NCBI RefSeq assembly: GCF_018977255.1
Contig: NW_024704745.1
Coordinates: 39,804,001 to 39,868,000 of the forward strand
Direction of reading: 5' to 3'
DNA from: Callorhinchus milii
Taxonomy: Eukaryota
DNA: 64,000 nucleotides
Shown: one piece after another, positions 11,301 through 23,721 of the stretch
Layout of the letters: the number at the start of each line of letters is the position of its first letter
Position numbering within the stretch: position 1 is the first letter of the stretch
Notes under the pieces: model-generated
Database searches by the model: none
The model's input: the letters and a program-made list of their open reading frames with translations, nothing else
What the model was told of the DNA's origin: nothing
Program-made: the position numbers and the translations under genes

Positions 11301-13676
11301 AACTTCAGTCCTAACCTTGTCAAAGATAAGAATAGTTCTATAGCTATAACGATAATTACTTAATTTACCTGCATGGATGATGCAGCATTATCAGTGAACG
11401 AAGGTGAATTAATGACAGCTATATAGGTCAGAGATGACAGAAGCCTGAAATTTACATAGAGTAACAAACAGGTGGACATAGATCTCAATGGTAAGGCTTC
11501 TGTAATAGCAAGAACATGTTTCCCTTGGTCAGTTATAGAACTGTACTTTTTCTGTGATTGAAGTGCTGGACTGCAATTGGTTGCAACCTAATATAGAGAG
11601 ACATCTACTGATACAATGAGTGAAACTGAACGCTCAGTGGTGCGTGGAATCAGCATCATAGATGTAGACATCAAAGAAATTAGAATAAAGCTAATTCTGC
11701 ACATTCACGGTCAATAATTTAACACATCAACCAGTCGTTTTTTTTTCAATGACATGTTAATTAGCACTATGGTAATCAGATTTGATCTATTAGCTCTAGT
11801 AGTCTCAATACATGGACTACAGAGATGGGATTTGTTCATCTCAGCCTACGGTGAGCCTGGTGCTGGAGTGATGCTGGAATTTAGAGGTCTGGGGCAACTG
11901 CACACAAATAAAGTCAATCCAGGCAGGAGAGGGCTAACAACAATAAAATAATATAAGAATCACAACAATACAATACAGAAGTATAAAATACATAATGATG
12001 TTACATAGAAGTTTTAGATATGAACCGCCGCTAAACTGCAAAGTTGGATGCATCATTTTCCTTGCTTCCCAGTCAGCCTTCTATTTAACAACAAACAAAA
12101 CAAATAATCTATGACCCATAAACAACAGACTCTTATGCCCAAAAGAATTATCCCTTTTTGTGTACAGCTTATACATCTTTGAACCACTGTTTTCTATAAT
12201 GACCTTCAGGCACTCATTAGCATGCTGATTACCATTAACACAGCTATAACGCAGCAATTTTCTTGCTGTATTTGGAGTGCTAGTGCTCATCTGAAGACAG
12301 CCAAGGGACAAAATTAACAGAATAAATCTACTGCTGAAACTGGCTCCCATCCAACACTTTGACAGACTGCTGGATTATCTAGAGTGTGACATGATCACCC
12401 AACTCCCTGCTGATGGTTCATCGAGAGGAGTGTCTCCACACTATGGATTCTGCTACACAGGGGAACTAATCTACCAAGAGACTGAACAGTTGACACTCTG
12501 ACACGTCTGATTCAGATTGCCATCCCGTAACTCTCACGGGTCTTATCCTTTACAGAAATAAGAGCAGGTTTTTAATAATACTGGACACCTTTCCCGTCAA
12601 TTCTGCATGACTTGCATACACTGAGACGTTATTCAATGCTGGTATTTTCCGAACCAATTCACATGGCCCGTTGGGAGTGGTGTGCAAGGCAGTTTCAAAA
12701 AGATTTCATTTGCCCATCTTACACTGCTTTATTTTCATTCTATTTTGCATTCCCCTTGCCTCCAATAGACAATTATCAAGGACTATACAGAACTAGTGAG
12801 TTTTCTAGCCCCTCCCCATCCCATTTCAGCAAATAACGCTGTTTATTTGAACTAAATTATTAAATCTGCATTGAAAAAGGAAATAAAAATTCATAGGACT
12901 AATTCTACTTATGATATAGTTAATGTATTTAAGTTTCTGTTTATAAGTCTCATTTCCATTTATTCTGTTGATTAATCTGGCTAATTCCAACAAAGGAAAG
13001 GCTTGATTCAATATCTCTAATGTACTGTAACATACATTGCGTCCAATAACATTCCTATATATAAAGTTGATCCCCAACACATTTAGTTGGCTTAAATTGC
13101 TTAATTTTACATATTTAGAATACCACTTTTCACAAATCCACTTAATACACAGACTAACGTGTAGATTGTAGTACATTACAAGGCAATCAGCCTATATTAA
13201 GGAATATAGAAAATGCCATAAACACTTATTTAGAGAAACTCATGCAATTTAACACCATCTCAATGTCCTATATTGTATGTTAAAACACATTTCTATACAT
13301 ATATTAGTCTTTATCATTGAGAATGAAAGGCATTACTGTTCGGTACAGTGAAATTAGTTACATTTCAAATGGGTAGCAGGCTCAGGCAATTATATCACAT
13401 GATTCAAGCCAAAGTGATATTGTGCACCATGAATCATCCATAGTTTCAGTGCTTTATACCACAGTGATATTGAGTTTTTTTCATGCACTGGGTCTAAAGT
13501 ACATTATTTGCAAATTGGATTTGTTGCATTAATTCAGGCTTCTGGTTTGCAAATATCAGATTGGAATTAGTCATGAGATTCTAGAACTGCAAATTGCAAA
13601 TCCCAAACATCTGACAAAATTTGAGGAAGCAAATCATCGAGTTTTGTTCACTGGAATTTACTCTGCATATAGTAAA

Positions 13677-14044
13677 ATACTAATACTCATCCTTGCATTT
13701 GATATAGCGCTTTTCATGTCTTCTAGATGCCTCAAAGCACTTCACAGTATATACTGTAAAGTGAATTGACTGTATATTTGTGGGCGAAATGCGGCAGTTA
13801 ATTGTGCACAGCTGTGTCCCACGAACAGTCATGGATTGAATGACCAATTTATTATTTTAATTAGGGATTATTATCCCCGGAAAAGCAATCCGCCAATCGA
13901 CTAACAACTGGGTTCCTACTCATTGCTAGGTAAACAGAAGAGTGTGGAGTAAGGAAACTCGCCCAACATTTCACCCAACCAGGAATAGAACCCAGGTCTC
14001 TTGCTTGCGAGACGATTGCTCTAACCAGTGAGCTGCAGGACTCT
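13677..14044 (-). mobile_element. tRNA-Ala-headed SINE, long form
   Basis: Full head, internal GTTTACCTAGCAATGAGTAGGAACC segment, 3' Deu segment and L2-like tail; collinear with 36061-36435. Confidence 0.9.
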
Positions 14045-14129
14045 ACAATATATACAGGACTCTCTAATATAAAGAAATGTCACAACATTTGTGTATTTAT
14101 TATGCAGTAAAGTGCACAATACATAATGC

Positions 14130-14337
14130 AGAGAAGAGAGTTTCTCCTGGTGTCCTGGCCAACAATAAAATTGGTCATTCGCTTCATGGCTGTTTGTAGG
14201 ACATTCCTGTGAACAAATTAACTGCTGTGTTTGCCCACAAAGTACACAGTGATGGCACTTTACAGTTTATTTTGTGAAATGATGTCATCCCAACATGAAA
14301 GTGACTATACCAAATGTAAGGATTATTGTTGTTATTT
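14130..14337 (+). mobile_element. Deu-domain SINE 3' half
   Basis: tctcctggtgtcctggccaaca...ggctgtttgtaggaca...aaatgtaaggattattgttg. Confidence 0.75.
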
Positions 14338-16796
14338 TATTAGGGACAGTAAAATGTTTGAAAATGCTTTTTCTCTGCTGAGCATTTATAACCAATATAT
14401 TCACAGTAACTTTAACGCATTTAAGATCAGACTGAAACATTGCTGAGCATTTTGTTTTTAATGGACTAATGTGTATACTTTGGCTAAATATACTGATAGC
14501 AATTAAATATTTAATTTATCCTGATTTGGATTCAGGTATAATGACAGCTACATGAATCCCCTTTTTCAGAAAAAGGTTTCTTTATACTGATATAGGAAAA
14601 ACAAAAAGGAAAACCTTCATTTATATGGGAAAGCCACAACAGCAAGCCACGTCGCTCTTAAGCGCTTTTAGATGCTACTCCCGTGAAGGGCGGTAAATAA
14701 ATGTAACTTGTTGCTGTTGAAAGGGAATGGAACATCATATCGGGTGGTCAGAAATTCCACATTGTCTTGGCCTGACCAACCATATGCTGTATTCTTAAAG
14801 TTTAATATCTCGCTGAATTGTGGTTAATTCTAAAATTCAGCTTTTATTTGCAAAAATGGTTTCCTGCAATTCTTAAAAAGACCAGAGAGGAGAAATTCCA
14901 CCTTTGTATAGATTTGCTATGTTTCTGTAACATTAAGGAGCATCTAGAATTTGCAAATCCTTAAATCCAGTATTAATTTTGAAGCTTATAAATTAAATAT
15001 TCTGTAAATTTGTTTAAAAAAACACCGAAATCTGACTTCAAAGACTGAGTTCAGCAATTTGCCAAAATCTGGATGCTCTGAAATCTACATTAATCGAGTA
15101 AAAATAGACCTAGGTAGAATTTCTCCCCATAGCTTTCAAATTAAAACTAAATGATTGAAGATGAAGTGGAAATTTGAACCCAAGTGCCTTGATAAGTTAT
15201 AAAGATTTTAGAACTGTGATATTACAGACCCTCTAAAACAGATCAGGCATTATTGAATCATCAGTTTCTCAAACAGTTATTTTCAACACACACTGGAAAA
15301 GTGAACTATTCTATTTCTATTTCTTTATTATTTAATAAAATATCAGAACAATTTATTTTATCCATATGTTTCTTAGAACATTTTCAGGCTGTGGAATCTA
15401 CCGTAAAATACAGAAAGAGATGGATAACCTAGAGGAAAATGAAGAAATACCTCTTTAAACCAGAGAGACCCAGAGCTTTGCAGAAAATAGATTGAATAAG
15501 TGTAGAACTAGACAACATTGAAGAATTGAAGGGGTGATAGGAAATCCAGTATTTCCAAAAATCAGATTTCACCTTTATAATCAAATCCCTGTATGTGTAA
15601 TCTGAGTATAAGTAACAAACTATCATATCCCAAGTTTACATAGTATAGCAAATTACTATTATAACTGTCCTGTCATTTGCCAGTTCATTCTCAATATGAG
15701 AATTAACAGCTTACCTAACTTTTTTTGGAAATAAGACGAACAGGAACATGGAATCACAGGGAAGTCAGCCATTACAGCTCTCACAGTTTAACATGAAAGC
15801 CACATGCTCTGAGACCTAATGAGCATGAGAACCATCATTTACTTCAACTCCTAATTGGGTTACCAAGCTAATGTCATCCAAGCAGGACAGTTTTCTATGG
15901 AAAATCTGTGACCCATGTCAAAGGACAAACAGTCCTAACAGTCAATGGGGCTGTGGTCATGGTAAAGAATAGGGAGGCTGAACCCTCCCTCTAGGTATCA
16001 GCAACCTTGTGTCACAACAAAAGATCTGGCTGCTTTTATGGTTATCCTGGACCTCATTAAAGTTCTTATAATCCAGACTGCAGGCCTATTGCCATTCTTT
16101 CTAATGACATTGTGGAAGCAATGTCCTGTCCAATTATCTATGCTTACCTATTACCTCCAGTGTGCAATTACTGCCGAGCCGTTTCATCTTAAAAGTATTG
16201 CTTTCCACACCACTAGCAGGAATACCGGCAGTATAGTGGTTTGATTTTATGTTCAGGCCAACATATTATGGAGGGTTTCCCCAGGATGCCAATAGTTAAA
16301 ATGATTGTAGTGCATATATTTAAGCTGTATGTGATAGATCAACCAATGAAACCAGAACAAAAAAAACTGAGCTTTTTCATAATTAATACTTAATGTTCCC
16401 ATTTTATGTCAAATATTTGGAGAATTTGAATGTTTAATAGAGATATGGACCATATTCCACAATTCTATTATAGTAAGGATATAATAAGTCCCACTTACGA
16501 TTAGGTATTATTCAGGAGCAGCTTGATTAGCTGCAAATGTTTACACCATTCTTTCCTGAGAGATGTCCAAAATAAGAACATTGGCCCACAGACAAACAAA
16601 AGCATTGGCCAGAGAATTATTTATGTTTGCCATCAAATTATACGGTTTGCAAACCTAATGGCACTCTGTAGCAGGATATGAAACATTCCTCTAATTCCCT
16701 TAATGTGGGTTATTTTTGCTGATCTTTTTACATACCGTTGCACTGTTAATCCAAGATTACATCAAAAAAAAATGTAAAATCCTTTCATATAGTGCA

Positions 16797-17027
16797 TTTC
16801 CTTACTCCACACGCCTAATAATAATTCCTCAAGAAAAAAAACAATAATAAATTGGTCACTTCAAACCACGACTGTTTATGGGACACTGCTGTGCGCAATT
16901 GGCTGCCGCATTTCGCCCACAGGAGATACAGTCAATTCACTTTGTAGTCTATTCTGTGAAACGCTTTGAGACATCTAGAAGATGTGAAAAGCGCTATATC
17001 AAATTCAAGGATTATTATTATTATTAT
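16797..17027 (+). mobile_element. 5'-truncated SINE, short form
   Basis: Near-identical to 38757-38987; ends in GCGCTATATCAAATTCAAGG(ATT)n. Confidence 0.9.
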
Positions 17028-17029
17028 CA

Positions 17030-17093
17030 TACAATCATAGAATTATACAGCACAGAAGGAGACCAATTCAGCCCATCGTGTCTGTGCTAGCTT
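17030..17093 (-). mobile_element. CR1 extreme 3' end
   Basis: Minus strand ...gatgggctgaattggtctccttctgtgctgtataATTCTATGATT, containing the CR1 ATTCTRTG terminal unit. Confidence 0.75.
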
Positions 17094-17109
17094 ATCATGT
17101 TGATTTTTT

Positions 17110-17735
17110 GAGGGTCAGCCACAAAGCCACATTTGTCTGACACATACAGAAATCCATCTCCATGCTTAAGAGTATCCAAACCAAACTGAGAGTTCCATGC
17201 ATCCCACCTCTGCATGAAAATTTCAGAGACATTATTGGAATGGAATGCACACTCTGTCCCTGGAGGGGACACATCCTGCTTCCCTAATTCTGAAGAGTGT
17301 TAGGTGCAGGGTGGCAACAGCCAGAGCGTGTGTTGCGGTACTGCTCGAGTCTAACCAGCTAAAACCGCATAGCTTGCCATTGAAAGTACTGTCTGTCAAG
17401 CTTTCCTCACTGCTTGTTCAGCTAGGACTACTCTAATCGCTAGGGCTTTGGGTTGCAACAACAACAAATTACATTTGTAAAGTGCCTTTCACTTTGGGAC
17501 GACTTCTCAAGGTGCTGGGTTAATGGGAATTGAGTCTCAGTCCCCAGGGACTGGTCTTCCCTTCCACATCCTGCTGATAAGCCAGGATGGCTGGGCTGTC
17601 ATCAGCAGTTTGTTGGAGTACTGTGGACCCGCATGGCTCAGGAAGTGGGTTAAGAGTTTGCTCGATTCTGACATTCTGCTGCTAAACATGTCACCCTGTA
17701 ACCCATTCAGCTCCAAGTAGACCCTGCTTACATCT
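17110..17735 (-). mobile_element. Copy of an unclassified RTE-group-like LINE derivative, interrupted by an L2 tail at ~17457-17516
   Basis: Aligns with 47115-47462, 57330-57870 and, inverted, 61045-61335; RT-like remnants VTCL..CQNRAN, VVLAE, FNGKLCG. Confidence 0.6.
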
Positions 17736-18309
17736 CTCCCCCAAGGAGAATAGAATAGTTTCATGTTGAACAACAGCGAATTCTGCCGTATCTTATAATT
17801 GCAGTTTAAGCATTCCCAAAACTGATTCAGACAAGTGTATGAAACCAGGAAGGGAGTCTTACATTGCACACTATATTGCTTTTTACTGACAGTGGCATGA
17901 CTGCTATTTAGCTGCAGGGATGTCAAACAATCATTCAGAGCTGTGATGCTTCTCACAGTGGGAAATTTAGCAAATATTTTCAATCTTTCTTATTGTGGGC
18001 TTTCTCAATACTAGTGTACATTTACAGTGTGTAATGCCAGGTAGAGTATTAACTTGTTAATCTTGAAATGTTCTTGGGAGGTTTTTAATGTTCTTAAAGA
18101 CTCTATGATTCATGGGGTCCTTTAACTGTTGAAGGGTAGTCAGACTAGGGAGAGGCTTGTGTCTCTGGGCTGATCAGTTCTGTATCTTTTCAGCTCATGT
18201 ACTGTGATGCTGAACCCGTCTTAATACCTAAATAATAATAACAGTCCTTGCATTTGATATGTATATGCTGGTCCTGGCAAAACCTTAGGCAAGTTACCTT
18301 AGTCCACAC

Positions 18310-18475
18310 ACACACCTCTGTGCCATGATCCATTCTGCCTTCCCCCACCTCCGTAACACTGTCCGCCTCCGCCACTGCCTCTCACCTCAGGCTGCCAAGA
18401 CCCTTAATCACCCATTCATCCTGTCCCAGGCTTGGCTATGCTAACGCCCTGATTGCCAGATTTCCCAATTATTCC
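18310..18475 (+). mobile_element. L2 ORF2 fragment
   Basis: SAFPHLRN..RLRHCLSPQAAKTL...LGYANAL is homologous to 47600-47750. Confidence 0.75.
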
Positions 18476-19860
18476 TTCAGTTCCCAACTAAAACTGAAGT
18501 ATGCAGATGCTGCTGCACTCTTAAGGAAATATCTATATGACATTATTTGTCATTCCTTCTGAATTGATGTGCTTTGGCTTACGTATGAATGAAGCCTACA
18601 AAATACATTTTTAGAATGTGGGAGGTTGAGTAACCAATGTGAGAGAACACAACACATTGAGACATTCCCTCCTGATTTGCCAAGGATGGCAGATACACAT
18701 TTATACACTTGGATTATGGCATGCTGGCGACACTTGGAAACGTTTCAACTGTTTGCTGCAGCTACTCCACAGTAGAATCACTTTGAAGGGACAGTTTGTT
18801 CTACTTCTAATCCTACGCAAGCAAATACGGCGAATGGTTGACAAGATAAAGTGACTAAATAGTAAACCAAGGTTTGATTCATCTGTTTTCAACTTGGTTA
18901 AAATATCCATTTTTTAAAAAAGAAAATGACTAAAAGCAGCCAAATTTCTGAATGTTGAATACAAATAGCATCAGATTATTTTCCAATGTTACAACCCCTA
19001 TCTGGTAAAAATACATTAACCCTTTGAGCGCTGAACTTTTTTCACAATAAAATGCTCAAAGGTTCTTTCCTTAGCATTTCTGATGGATATAGAGATTAGA
19101 AAGCACCGAAGAATGTCCTCAAGAAAAAGATAAGATAATACACTGCATTTTATAGTATATACAGAATCTATGTGCACAAATGATTAATGGGTTTCTGTCC
19201 ATCATCTATCTTCAATACCCTGTGAGGTTTCTTCCTGGATGCTTTGATATATGTTATTTGCTTCATTCATCCCAGTTGGCTTCATTCAAGTTTAAAAAGA
19301 ATTTCCTCTACCTCCAAGGAGGACATGTACATCCACCTGAATTGTAGTATTGGAGGCTGTCTTTGAAGGCTAGACAGTCGTTTCGCTTATGTTAAGTGAT
19401 ACTCTGACATGACTGTGATTAACAAAGCGTCATTATGTAAACAGAGTATCACTGAACTAATGTATGTCACACCAAAGGAAAGATTCTCCAAGTGATCTCT
19501 TTGCAGTCGTGAGCTCCTGAAGTTGGATGGGATTTTGATCACCATTCAACAGATTCCTTTAAAGATAAATAACTCTCATTGCCTAATTCAAGACTAGTAA
19601 TCTGCAACATGCATGTAAACCAGATGTCTTGGTTATATATCAGAAATCAGTCCGATATGTTAACATGGATTAGAAGATAATTATTTAATTGATTGAATCA
19701 ACTCCTTGAGGTTGACAAAGTTGAAACACCCTGTCAGAACAATTAGACGTGACAAAAGTCAGATTTAAGACAGAACTCCAATTCACACATGGTAATTGTC
19801 AGTGCATGTATAAAGGACCCTTCTAAAAATCAGTGAGTCTTGTGGCTGCATCAGCAATAG

Positions 19861-20115
19861 AGCTTTACAGAATAGACTGTAAAGTGAATTGACCGTATAT
19901 TTGTGGGCGAAACGCGGCAGCCAATTGCACACAGCAGTGTCCCACAAACAGTCGTGGATTGAAAATGACCAATTTATTATTGTTTTGTTTCTTGGAGGGA
20001 TTATTATTAGGCGTGTGGAGTAAGGAAACTAGCCCAAGGTTTCACCCTGCCTGGAATTGAACCCAAGTGTCTCGCTTGCAAAGCGAGTGCTCTAACCACT
20101 GAGCTACAGGACTCC
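19861..20115 (-). mobile_element. tRNA-Ala-headed SINE, short form, lacking its tail
   Basis: Head and body match 38668-38920; the copy stops just before TTGAGACGTC of the tail. Confidence 0.9.
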
Positions 20116-20676
20116 ACAGAAATCCTGCTCTGCCATGAAGAGGAAGAATAACAGTAATAGCAATGCATTGGAAAGCTATTCTTCTCAAGTTGTTATTTTA
20201 AAATGTAATCTAAAATCTTAACTCCCTCTGTCGACCCCTGTCGACCTTTCTTTTTGATCGTGCATTTGGTCACCTTCCTTCCCTCTGGCTCGGTCCCGGG
20301 ATCCGAAACTGTAAAGCCCTCTGAGACGCCGTCCGACGTGAAGGGCCCTATATAAATTCAAATTGTTGTTGTTGTTGTTGTAGCAACCTTTCAGTTGTAT
20401 TCTCCATGACGTTAAGCAGATAAACAAAGAACTCCAGAGTGGAGGAGAGGGGAAGGGAGAAGGGGGAAGTGAATAGGCATGGTCGAAGAGTTTGGTTAGG
20501 TAAGACAGTGAGGGGGTGGGGGTTGGGAAATGCAGGGGTCGACAGAGGGAGTTAAGATTTTAGATTACATTTTAAAATAACAACTTGAGAAGAATAGCTT
20601 TCCATTGCATTGCTATTACTGTTATTCTTCCTCTTCGTGGCAGAGCAGGATTTCTGTGGAGTCCTGTATCTCAGTG
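20097..20676. repeat. 144-bp inverted duplication (20097-20240 / 20533-20676) with a 292-bp spacer
   Basis: Manual alignment gives 141/144 identity. Confidence 0.95.
20241..20380 (+). mobile_element. L2 3' tail (type-2) ending in (TTG)n
   Basis: tttgatcgtgcatttggtcacc...gagacgccgtccgacgtgaagggccctatataaattcaaattgttgttg. Confidence 0.75.
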
Positions 20677-20678
20677 AT

Positions 20679-20740
20679 TTTAGACGTCGAGAAGACGTGA
20701 AAAGCGCTATATCAAATGCAAGTATTATTATTATTATTAT
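20679..20740 (+). mobile_element. Isolated SINE tail
   Basis: tttagacgtcgagaagacgtgaaaagcgctatatcaaatgcaag(tat)n. Confidence 0.85.
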
Positions 20741-21376
20741 TCTGTAGCACGTCACTGAGGAAGGAATGCACTGCGTAACCACTCTTTAATCCTGTGTGGC
20801 AAGCATCAGGAGCAGTATTTACTTTTTTTTGCAGAAGCCCAAAGAACCATTACCAGGATATGTAATGGTGGTGCTTCACTGGTCTCTCTATGGTTCATGA
20901 TCAAAAATGAAAAATTTAAGTGTCGGAACTCTGTCCGTTGACATAGCAGGGAACCATGAACTTTAGTTGGGTCAGTTTCTAATTATTTCAAACATTGTGT
21001 GTGTTCTTGATTCTTATGCTGGGTTACGTCAGGGGCACTCATTAGGTCCTGAACTCTCACATTTGACTACTACCTCCCTGGCACTGCAGAAAAATAATGG
21101 TATCAGCAGTGTGCAGGTGTATCACAAGCATATTTAAATTAAGGTTTGAACATTAATCTGGCCACCCACCGTTTTGTGTCACATTAACAAACGCAAGCGA
21201 TATAGATAGCAGTCCCGGAATACTGATTTGAACTGGTCATGCAGCAGGAGCTCGCACTACAGGATCAATATCAGTATAGCGTGGAAACACTGGGATATGA
21301 GAACTCTCATCTCATGTGCTGGAACTCTGATATCTCTGAAGGAGCAGGCACCCGCTGAACCAAAGGAGCAGGCAGG

Positions 21377-21378
<2 letters not shown>

Positions 21379-21414
<36 letters not shown>

Positions 21415-21719
21415 CCTTGCATTTGATATAGCGCTTTTCACGTCGGGAGGACGTCCCAAAGCGCTTCACAGAACACACTGTAAAGTGAATTGACTGTATA
21501 TTTGTGGGCGAACGCGGCAGCCAATTGCGCACAGCAATGTCCCAAAAACAGTCGTAGATTGAAAATGACCAATTTAATTATTGTTTTCGGTTTTTGGAGG
21601 GATTATTATTAGGCATGTGGAGTAAGGAAACTTGCCCAAGGTTTCGCCCTGCCTGGAATTGAACTCAGGTCTCTCACTTGCAAAGCGAGAGCTCTAACCA
21701 CTGAGCTACAGGACTCCAC
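21379..21719 (-). mobile_element. Full-length young SINE, short form, inserted into an L2; TSD CAGGAT
   Basis: Complete head, body and tail with a long (ATT)n; CAGGAT at 21373-21378 and 21722-21727. Confidence 0.9.
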
Positions 21720-21721
21720 TA

Positions 21722-23645
21722 CAGGATGGTAGGGGATTAGGAGATTGCAGAGGTAGGGGGGAGCAAGACCATGGAGGGCTTTGAAGGTAAGGACCAGGAT
21801 CTTGAACTGTATCCTCTGTGTGATGGGAAGCCAGTGGAGTCAGGCGGGGATGGGGGTGATAGGGTTCGGGGCCTGGTATGGGAGAGGACACGAGCTGCAG
21901 TGTTCTGGTTGATCTAGAGCCTATGGAGGGAGGAGTTGGGGAGGCCGACAAGCAAAGAGTTTTCATAGTTGAGCCTCGATGTTATGAAAGCATGTACAGT
22001 ACAGTTGTGTGAGACAGTCGAGGAGCCGGGCAATGTTGCAGAGGTGGGGGAAGGCAGAACGGGTCATGGTATGGATGTGGGTTAGAAAATATAGTTGAGG
22101 GTCAAACAAGATGCCAAAGTTCCAGACTTACCTTAGTAAGGTGGAGTGTGCATCCATGGATGGTGATGCTGTCAGCGCCTGACGTGAGGAGGTGCTGACG
22201 GGAGCCAATCAGGAGGGCCTCGGTCTTGTTGACGTTCAACTGAAGAAAGTTAGCTCTCATCTAGGATTTGATTTCTGACAGACATTCTGTCAGGACAGCA
22301 GTGGGGCATCCAAGAACAGTGCCCTGAGGAACGCCGCACAAGACAGTGTGATGGCTAGCGGAGAAACCATTTGTGGAGATGAAGTGGAGGCAATGTGAGA
22401 GGTATGATCTGAACCAGTCAAGGACAGAATCATGAAGGTTGAGGTGAGAGGAGAGGCGTTGGATGAGGACAGAGTCGTCAACGGTGTCAAAGGCAGCAGA
22501 GAGGCCAAGGAGGACGAGGAGGCAGAGGGAGCCCTAGTTGCAGATGGGCAGAATGTCATTTGTCACTTTGACCAGGGCTGTTTCTATGCTGTGGGCGGCA
22601 CATGAAACCTGATTGGAGGGGTTCATGAAGGAAGGGGCGGGAGAGGAAGGAGCGAAGCTGGGAAGCAACGATTCATTCCAGGACCTTGGAGAGGAAGGGG
22701 AGGTTGGATATGGAGTGGCAGTTTGAGAGCTGGAAATGGTCCAGTTGGCATTGGAGGTGAGGATGGGTGAGGCGTGAGAGGGTGGGTGGAGGAGCCAGTT
22801 GGTGATAGAAAAGAGGAGTCTGGGGTTGCCCTTGGCCTCCAAGATTGTCTTGGAGTAGAACAACAATTTAGCAGAGGCGAGGGTGGAGTGGTAAGAGTTG
22901 ATAAGGTCCAGCCAAATCTGCTGATGGACCGTTAAGTTCAATTTAAGCCACGTGCATTCAGCGGCACACACCGGTGCTTTAAAGCAGCGGAGGTGGCTGG
23001 TGTACCGTGGTGGTTTTTGTGAGTAGGAGACGATTCAGGAAGTGAGGGGAGCAAGGCAATCAAGAGTGGTGGAGAGGAAGCTGGTTGGGTTGGGTGGCGA
23101 AAGGGATTGAAGAGTTAAGGGAGATGAAGTCAAGGTCCGAGATCGCTTTGTCGATGATGGTGAGGTCCGAGACGGTAAGGCCCCAAGTGATTACCAGGTC
23201 GAGAGGATGACTGCAGACGTGGGTGGTGGAGTGGATGTGGAGGGAGAGGTTGAGGGAGGAGATAAGGGAGGAGAAGTCAGCAGAGGTAGAGTAGGAGGGG
23301 TTGAAGTGAAGGTTGAATTCACCTGGGATGAGGAGGCGTTCGAAGCAGAGGGAGAGGGAAGATAGGAGGGTGGAGATGCCAGGGAGGAAGGTGGGGGAGA
23401 GCTTGGGGGGCGACAGATAAGTAGAATTTTGAGGGAAAGTTTGGAGGGGTGATAAGGCTAAGGTGCTCAAAGGAGGGACCGGGAGATGAGAGCCACTCTG
23501 CCACCATAGCAGTTAAGTCATGGGGTATGATGGAAGGTGTAACTGGGTGGTGTGACCTCTGTCGGGGGAACGTGTTATCTGGAGTGATCCAGGTTTCAGT
23601 GAGGGCAAGAATGGCGATGTTTTCGTCGACAATGAGGTCTGTGCA
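21722..23645 (-). mobile_element. Degenerate L2 LINE ORF2 (APE endonuclease + RT, internally deleted)
   Basis: ALTETW, G(E)FNLH, THV..HPLDLVI (APE); NPRLLFSI, HSIETALVKVTND, AAFDTVD, LNVNKTEA, HWLP (RT and C-terminus); many frameshifts. Confidence 0.92.
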
Positions 23646-23721
23646 GAGAGAACTTGAAGGGGGCAGGCCAATGTAATATTTAGATTTGAGTTTCTGATCC
23701 AGTCATAGAAGAGCTGGCCAA

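Noticed and set aside
17570-17610. Hammerhead ribozyme (CTGATAA/CTGATGA near hairpins, also ~57707)
   Set aside because: No correctly placed GAAA and NUH core or three-stem junction could be built.
19016-19064. piggyBac-like mini element (TTAACCCTTTGAGC...GCTCAAAGGTT)
   Set aside because: Only ~50 bp, right TTAA absent; too little to call.
19436-19457. miR-30 family member (TGTAAACA seed in the hairpin)
   Set aside because: Only the seed matches, on the wrong arm, and the rest is unlike miR-30.
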